From IMG/VR virus record IMGVR_UViG_3300012952_000111, positions 1 through 26,519 of that record: 26,519 nt of DNA; one strand, written 5' to 3'. A program made the position numbers and the translations under genes. This document shows, one piece after another, positions 23,701-26,519 of the stretch. The first letter of the stretch is position 1, and every line of letters starts with the position of its first letter. The DNA comes from a virus. Its lineage: Duplodnaviria > Caudoviricetes. The notes below the pieces were generated by a model that worked only from the letters and a program-made list of their open reading frames with translations, had not been told where the DNA came from and searched no databases.

Positions 23701-26519
23701 ACAGCTGAACCACACTTAGGTAGTAGTTCCTCAGCATCCCAGTCGTCAACAATTGTATTGTCTATGACCTGTGTTAAGTTGTTACCAGAAGAAACAGTCA
23801 CTGCCTCATTCTTGATAACTTGCATTGCAACGTTCTTAACTTCTTGGAATACTTTTGCAACCTCGTCTCTTTCTACATCTTGAATGATCTGTGGATATGT
23901 TTTACCATTAAAGTCATTAGTGATGTAACCCTTAGCAACAGAGTATGTCTTATAGTTTCCACCAAACTTAACATCCCACATTACTTCACGTAACACATCA
24001 TAGATGTCATCTAAACAATCTTGCTCTGTATTTCCTGCAGATGGTGTGTATGATGGATATGCTGCCTTCATTCTCTCATATGCTTCTTTAGCAATAAAGA
24101 GTTGGTTAGCAATAACCTGATCATGTGCATCACACTCAATGTCTCCAACAATAGGAGGATCACCAGTTGTATCAAGTGTAATGTTTAGATCACGATCATA
24201 GTATTGGTTGTTCAATGCACGTTGCATCAAATCTTCTGCACGTTTGAATGCTGTGATTGCAGGTTGAACTTCCTTAGTTGCATCTATACCATTTGCAAGT
24301 AACTGATTACCTTGGAAGTATTCTTTAGTTGCAGATATAGTAAATTCATTACCACCAAACCAGAGATCCTGTGCAACAGCATCAACAACAATACCAAGGT
24401 CTCTACGACACTTAGCTTCACCAGTGATAAATGTACCAGCGTTAGCAGGTTGATTCCAGATACCACCTGTGATGTTACCAGCTGCAATAGCATCAGTAAC
24501 AATAGTTCCTAGTGTGTCAATAGCAGACTGTACATCAGCACATGCACTTGAACTTGTTCTGCTTGTAATTGCTGAGTTTTGTTTCTTAACAGCATTTGCA
24601 GTCGCACTGACGAATGTATGAGCATAGTTACCACCAGCAATAACTGCTCCAGATGTTGCTGATACAAATGTATGTGGATCAGTATTCGTGGAAGGAACTG
24701 TTGTTAATACCTGAAGTGTAATTGTAGTTTGAGTTACTGACTCAATATTAATTGCGGTATCATAGAATGGGTCATTACCATTTGATCTAGGATATGATTT
24801 CTCTGCAGCTGCACCAGTAGCACCACCAAATCCACAGCTGAATGTCAATGAGTTAGGTGCTAACTTAATACTTGTACCAGCAGTCAAGTTATGATTACCG
24901 ATTTCTAGAACCATCAATCCTGTAACAGGATCATATGTTGTTCCTGTGGTTGGTGTATATGTTACTAGAGGTGATGTACCTACGTTAACTTCAAATGTGT
25001 CATCAGTTTTATTTGCAACAGTCAACCATGTATTGAATACTGGGTCAGATGGTCTTGGATATGTCTTGTTAGAAGTATTACCATCCATTGTACATGATAG
25101 TGTCAATGAATTCTCTACAAACTTAATCTTATCTCCGTCAGCAAGACCATGACCGACAATAGTTGTTACTAGAGTACCTGTGACTGCATTATATGTCACG
25201 TTAGTAGGAGTTCCTACGTCAGCTTGTGAACCAGCAAATGTAGATCCACCTTCAGTGACTGTTAAATCTTTATAGTACAACTGGTTAGTAATCGCCTTCT
25301 TCATTTCGTTGACGGCGGTATTATATGCAGTTATACTTTCTGACTCTTCACCCTGTAGACCATTTGGTAATGGTGTAGTTGCGTTAGTGAAATATTGTTC
25401 TGTGTATTCTCTAGTATGCTTGTTACCTTCACAGTACATATCAACAGTGATTGCATCAATGAAGTATCCCAAGTCACGAGCACACTTGACTTCGCCAGGT
25501 CCTCTACCAGTACCATAGTTAACCTCTGTAGGCATAGTGCTGAGGTTACCATTAGAAAGAATTGTAGTAACGATACTTGTTAGTGAGTCAACAGCAGACT
25601 GTACATCAGAACATAAGAATGGTTGAGCATCAGTCAACTCATTCTCAGTGTTACCACCAAAATTGACTGAATCAACAGATGCACTCACAAATGTATGTGT
25701 GTAGTCACCACCAGTAATAACCGCACCAGCTGTTGCAGATACAAATGTATGTGGATCAACGTTTGTAGAAGGAACTGTTGTTAATACCTGAAGTGTAATT
25801 GTAGTAGCAGTTGCTGACTGAATTTCAATTGAAGTATTGTAATATGGGTCATTACCATTTGATCTAGGATATGACTTCTCGGCAGCAGCTCCTGTTGCAC
25901 CACCAAATCCACAACTAAATGTTAGTGAGTTAGGTGCTAGTCTAACACTTGTGCCAGCAGTCAAACTATGAGCACCAATTTCAAGAACCATCAATCCTGT
26001 GTTAGGATCATATGTTGTTCCTGTGGTTGGTGTATATGTTACCTCAGGTGATGCACCAACATTGACTGTGATAGTGTCTGTTGTAGATGAAATAATCTCA
26101 AGATACTGTCCAGATGCAGGATCAGTTGCACGAGGATATGCATGATTAGTTGCATTGTTGTCCATTGAACATGTGAATGTCAATGCACTATCTGCAATCT
26201 TAACACGATCACCTGTACTCAATCCATGATTAGCAATATTAAGAACCATATTACCATTAGATGCAGTATATGATGCACCGTGTGGTGTAAAGTTTTTAGA
26301 TACTTGACCATATGCTGATCCAGGTGCATTGTCTGCAGTCCTGTCTATTGCTCCTTGTGTTCCATTATCTTTGAAGTAAAGTTGATTAGTCAACGCCTTC
26401 TTCATCATCTCAGCAGCTTTGTTGAAGTTAGTATTGTATACTGCTGAATTGAATGAGAACTCAGGTGTTGTAGCATTAGTAAAGAACTCTGCTGCGAATC
26501 TATATGAATAAACATTACC
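14739..26519 (-). CDS. Giant repeat-rich virion structural protein / long tail fibre, partial (5' end outside the window)
   Basis: The frame stays open beyond the track's Met at 26408 to the window end (GNVYSYRFAAEFFTNATTPEF...KAAEMMKK), giving >=3926 aa. Cys-containing helical repeats (KC.RD...D...GN / C.DV.SA.D.L), beta repeats (H.L..G...LTF.C...YPR...HTFVSA), RRPSIARAGNHTFEYLGFGPGNYSTGLP block, fibre-like GINT/LDVVG repeats and a C-terminal LTLPSNPETGDVIRI...GWWLTEL baseplate/fibre-type domain. Confidence 0.88.
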   Translation of the reverse strand, partial: GNVYSYRFAAEFFTNATTPEFSFNSAVYNTNFNKAAEMMKKALTNQLYFKDNGTQGAIDRTADNAPGSAYGQVSKNFTPHGASYTASNGNMVLNIANHGLSTGDRVKIADSALTFTCSMDNNATNHAYPRATDPASGQYLEIISSTTDTITVNVGASPEVTYTPTTGTTYDPNTGLMVLEIGAHSLTAGTSVRLAPNSLTFSCGFGGATGAAAEKSYPRSNGNDPYYNTSIEIQSATATTITLQVLTTVPSTNVDPHTFVSATAGAVITGGDYTHTFVSASVDSVNFGGNTENELTDAQPFLCSDVQSAVDSLTSIVTTILSNGNLSTMPTEVNYGTGRGPGEVKCARDLGYFIDAITVDMYCEGNKHTREYTEQYFTNATTPLPNGLQGEESESITAYNTAVNEMKKAITNQLYYKDLTVTEGGSTFAGSQADVGTPTNVTYNAVTGTLVTTIVGHGLADGDKIKFVENSLTLSCTMDGNTSNKTYPRPSDPVFNTWLTVANKTDDTFEVNVGTSPLVTYTPTTGTTYDPVTGLMVLEIGNHNLTAGTSIKLAPNSLTFSCGFGGATGAAAEKSYPRSNGNDPFYDTAINIESVTQTTITLQVLTTVPSTNTDPHTFVSATSGAVIAGGNYAHTFVSATANAVKKQNSAITSRTSSSACADVQSAIDTLGTIVTDAIAAGNITGGIWNQPANAGTFITGEAKCRRDLGIVVDAVAQDLWFGGNEFTISATKEYFQGNQLLANGIDATKEVQPAITAFKRAEDLMQRALNNQYYDRDLNITLDTTGDPPIVGDIECDAHDQVIANQLFIAKEAYERMKAAYPSYTPSAGNTEQDCLDDIYDVLREVMWDVKFGGNYKTYSVAKGYITNDFNGKTYPQIIQDVERDEVAKVFQEVKNVAMQVIKNEAVTVSSGNNLTQVIDNTIVDDWDAEELLPKCGSAVAAVDTLMGIIIQAIGTDAGVGNLDGISRTTQDGPDPAWNTALNIISKTQTSITVNVGQTSSQDQDTHTFVAAVAGAVVSGGNYAHTFVSSSANSISVLNGGNLTPANVTYNAVNGQLILYFGSAHGLTTSDQISIADNSLTFSCEMDGNGTTKTYPRTGKDPISGQNVQIAAVTTTSITINVGTSPLVDHNVSNAVYDYASGNLALTIGNHSLTVGTSIRLKEESLIFTCTKDQNKTTHAYPRSAGKYRPSAYQDGNCSDVLATVNALVDITCNSLNDGNLNNLPPLSNGEWDCANVRGSIEVLYDILLDAVTGGTLAGLPVLNTGDFTINNEASKCFRDVTYIVDAIVNDLRLGGNVNSIQAGEAYYVGNSLEYIDGEKTETLDAWNYVGQIATAAMRNFDVLAFDCSTTAGSAIIDVNDTRGIIIGMSVVEYDNSRGQTDPANPAFVNGLLQSNATAIYTNIPEGTYVKRIVSNTQVELGVKGSRLTEGNTVNALQTSSTTDLYLVYGNGIWADTLPNTVTVGPENEGPDVIQDTLTSPSYRECSGTADAIETLVGNITTIINSGLGTVVRQEQTVNTALLASRATVFTIDTGGNPSDPHKFESGTPVRLVPRPRFDTVTGKYVDVDKRLVRLPNGFETNRTYYVIAPGRVTQPENYGGTSFFDGSDQTRLMLATSKENAAAGIYIYASETDSIDADVEIDMYQFILDDSYDLHNYRASLSTSIVAGIETDVSHIFDKPSASLSASEAQKVFIRAIEGGQLPLVGSQFANNSNVAVTDAADVNVGRINPKVEFFVRYQNNKTITLHQTYANSISGADPIVFASGQAGLIFDVYANKRRVPMKFDPGFTDATTTTGKWFIQCKDEVTGQPDSVKKNNIFWRISQSDYGDRQRSTDMWYQRLDDTRDKDDRTYKIRMVIPKYLENARDPISGFVLKTRTDDTRKLVPQKVLLKPVVGTVYGARFENPVQAGEFIGFTSTDFSSNNLNSEAQYDPYKKDLTGAAIEYRSFARFTSGVQATIQSGRYVEDTLDPSIKYLEITVNDHTIDSKNFPGLRNEILTTVKITAPQGGNFEVSKTENQASSINAVSFAGNSSGLANIHAYFTTGGDHYIIIKNIRGGTLEYSEFANTRFTQGTVFADMLEDQDMGKSLPLKTQIAKNNSQFFYKQNGANVYTITPGDRIQDDAGVEYYVDSVEDAGVIEDSFYIFGYETLQKRISGQQDGIYYLTALRGNISPFPTGAGITNNFKNFKFSQPVSKLYPLNFRNDPLWFKNSGTTQKEKDYYTGLIDPPSSFSAADNYTHGLVTVNDFKNSVTRELVEDLTNQPAFITNTYSGTNAIKAQDGNATSGSEDRLIPIAGDSTVLSDQRYYIELRRPSIARAGNHTFEYLGFGPGNYSTGLPARQEVVLTPDEDFYAQSKKQDGGIVFYTGINSQGDLYIGNRRINAITGEETFIDRATLTDDGDEDDTIGGLVTTFDTPVTFNQNITVVGGDGELVSNFESPVVIAVQDEDLTQSRDSLIIRSNVSSVDPVTQLEQDEGLDRTSFSPPTEGDIRISKNKVQSAIFQFNPRGNGQGYMFQTHTVAGLASNITPNQTNLIASGGTRIASSQYITYGGVLPAPGDVLFKGSEIGKTGSIAWILSNYFSSIANNSIDNIVFDGSNVVKIEFRDFTSGVALAAGNDIGITSTSQIRIKNFYFDPRLNLTWTVYAAKPGDPFSPTNNYVHFQVIDQIPQSSQPWETIISGTPTGADQPTIEFSNANFKEVGVIGGEALRTETETIGNYKLGINTVARSSHDAYKNAFVENLTTDPRANLDVVGNAFISGKTTGDYLQHTQFADRDKTPIDNAFLVGGDSSAPNDEAVLRVATTNNGRVGINVSNAELDRALVVDGTSRFTDDAKFEHDIEVNGDDGTVAEVRTSQTTGQVNLFNDSGFVGGDNTGGLHIGGYSKTIRIGDYNTSSTQWIYVGDKSTGDQFVYIANTANHANIFIGNLSQSAAISKTKIGGAYNQLESLSYVDFEVKRAKFAGDVTFGSFKQLGGDRTNPEQIVTLSTEAGIVSFFSGNTQTIDFALNASEVNIAGQGGTTTIRNSLEIDGETTFNSSVKLCGGTSSFSFVGVGASLGTTPIAHTSGILGPSTFNQNVDIVNVLEVVSSDPNFNRIDTAGSASWGDSTFQDIKTGAGPEGADLPALTGKQYYLPLLNAPGTYFSEGDYILLDAPVDVGTGTRPEIVRVAVGGLSGAGSAPYYLTVEREPLGTFAPQIDNHPENPVNRTPVYKCNIAFDATWIEQAIDGTRDATNQENVYLSTFGGTLQVDRDYVIVSREDTNGDGDFNQGEIFKLLTPLAIVNKKFEITNGCPGGDTVFSIDSVTGDTIIGNDGVSGENGKLTVNGSFSFVGGCKTGSAQAFTGSAVATTNTITSIPSVEGLEVGDYVELTGNGGTVTLDQNRFPTDSGTVRLTDPQIVSIVGSTVTLNVPFTGSGSSTGVTFNATKDEKFRITDRVRDIFTVDGCSGDTVIGNPSGTVLADRSQYGTSVAGHTAGATVYTALKDPKVDNGIATTFVNTVTTIAANATTLPVDDITNFESGDFIFVGFGSGGNEEIMQISGTPQSSGVAPAGNLPVTRVGSLTNVPGIASTHSDGETVFRILFRENTVLTSDIAGSGSNSVEIGLKNSDVVPFFLDREYWIFIDNEVFLVTSTITNDGGTTLVKKDYFHGRLDVYDDVKFIGSNFEITGTDNNVPILKLLNNEEHHFEGGALDINAATDISGNLRLFPSKCVEDPDAIQFTNKSFTPTFRVESEFGDTFVGRLLEVAGIAGTNPTNSQAILDVKNLGVNGANSFTIMQDGSIDAFSYKGYKNKNGGHITKFVNANSNLSTNINYIVAVAPATGALILTLPSNPETGDVIRITEVAGALSYNNSLVIRAPIVGGEPVGLQGDTSGTKLGGLSTPYGSGELVVQNRNASFGLVFVGQTDGDNFIPSVYQGWWLTEL
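24605..26042. repeat. Intragenic direct repeat, ~360-bp copies offset by 1077 bp (~24605-24965 and ~25682-26042)
   Basis: Exact blocks at a constant 1077-bp offset: 39 nt (24927-24965 = 26004-26042), 38 nt (24691-24728 = 25768-25805) and 31 nt (24767-24797 = 25844-25874). Confidence 0.9.

Noticed and set aside
495-25583. All plus-strand ORFs and the short alternative-frame minus-strand ORFs inside long genes
   Set aside because: They lie within well-supported genes, lack recognisable motifs and have the composition expected from antisense or off-frame shadows of biased codons.
24605-26042. Direct repeat as a diversity-generating retroelement TR/VR pair
   Set aside because: Both copies are in-frame coding, mismatches are not confined to adenines, and no reverse transcriptase is in the window.
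26406-26408. Met at 26408 as the start of the giant protein
   Set aside because: The frame is open to the window edge and the upstream residues continue the helical repeat, so the gene is truncated by the window.
1-26519. tRNA, rRNA, CRISPR arrays, integrase/transposase, intrinsic terminators
   Set aside because: Intergenic gaps are only a few nt except at the two promoters, and I saw no convincing cloverleaf, array or GC hairpin with a U tract by eye.

Overview
AT-rich, gene-dense segment of a T4-like cyanophage (cyanomyovirus), most likely a Prochlorococcus or marine Synechococcus phage. The host is inferred from gene content and composition, not from a search. Every credible gene is on the minus strand. 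In transcription order (right to left): a 5'-truncated giant repeat-rich structural/long-fibre protein (>3900 aa); three tail-collar-domain fibre proteins (404, 575, 1408 aa); a 2OG-Fe(II) oxygenase; a tail fibre assembly chaperone; an Sm-like protein; two small membrane proteins; three more 2OG-Fe(II) oxygenases of different subfamilies; a DUF4385 protein; then small early-type ORFs, including a PD-(D/E)XK nuclease, with two near-identical sigma70-like promoters that carry an upstream palindrome. Main leads: (1) four oxygenases coupled to the fibre/chaperone genes, a candidate fibre-modification system; (2) multi-level nested domain insertions and a circularly permuted repeat module in the fibres; (3) a small early protein ending in an SSB-tail-like DDCPF; (4) promoter palindromes that supply the stop codons of the upstream genes. 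Family calls come from motif recognition by eye; no database search was run.
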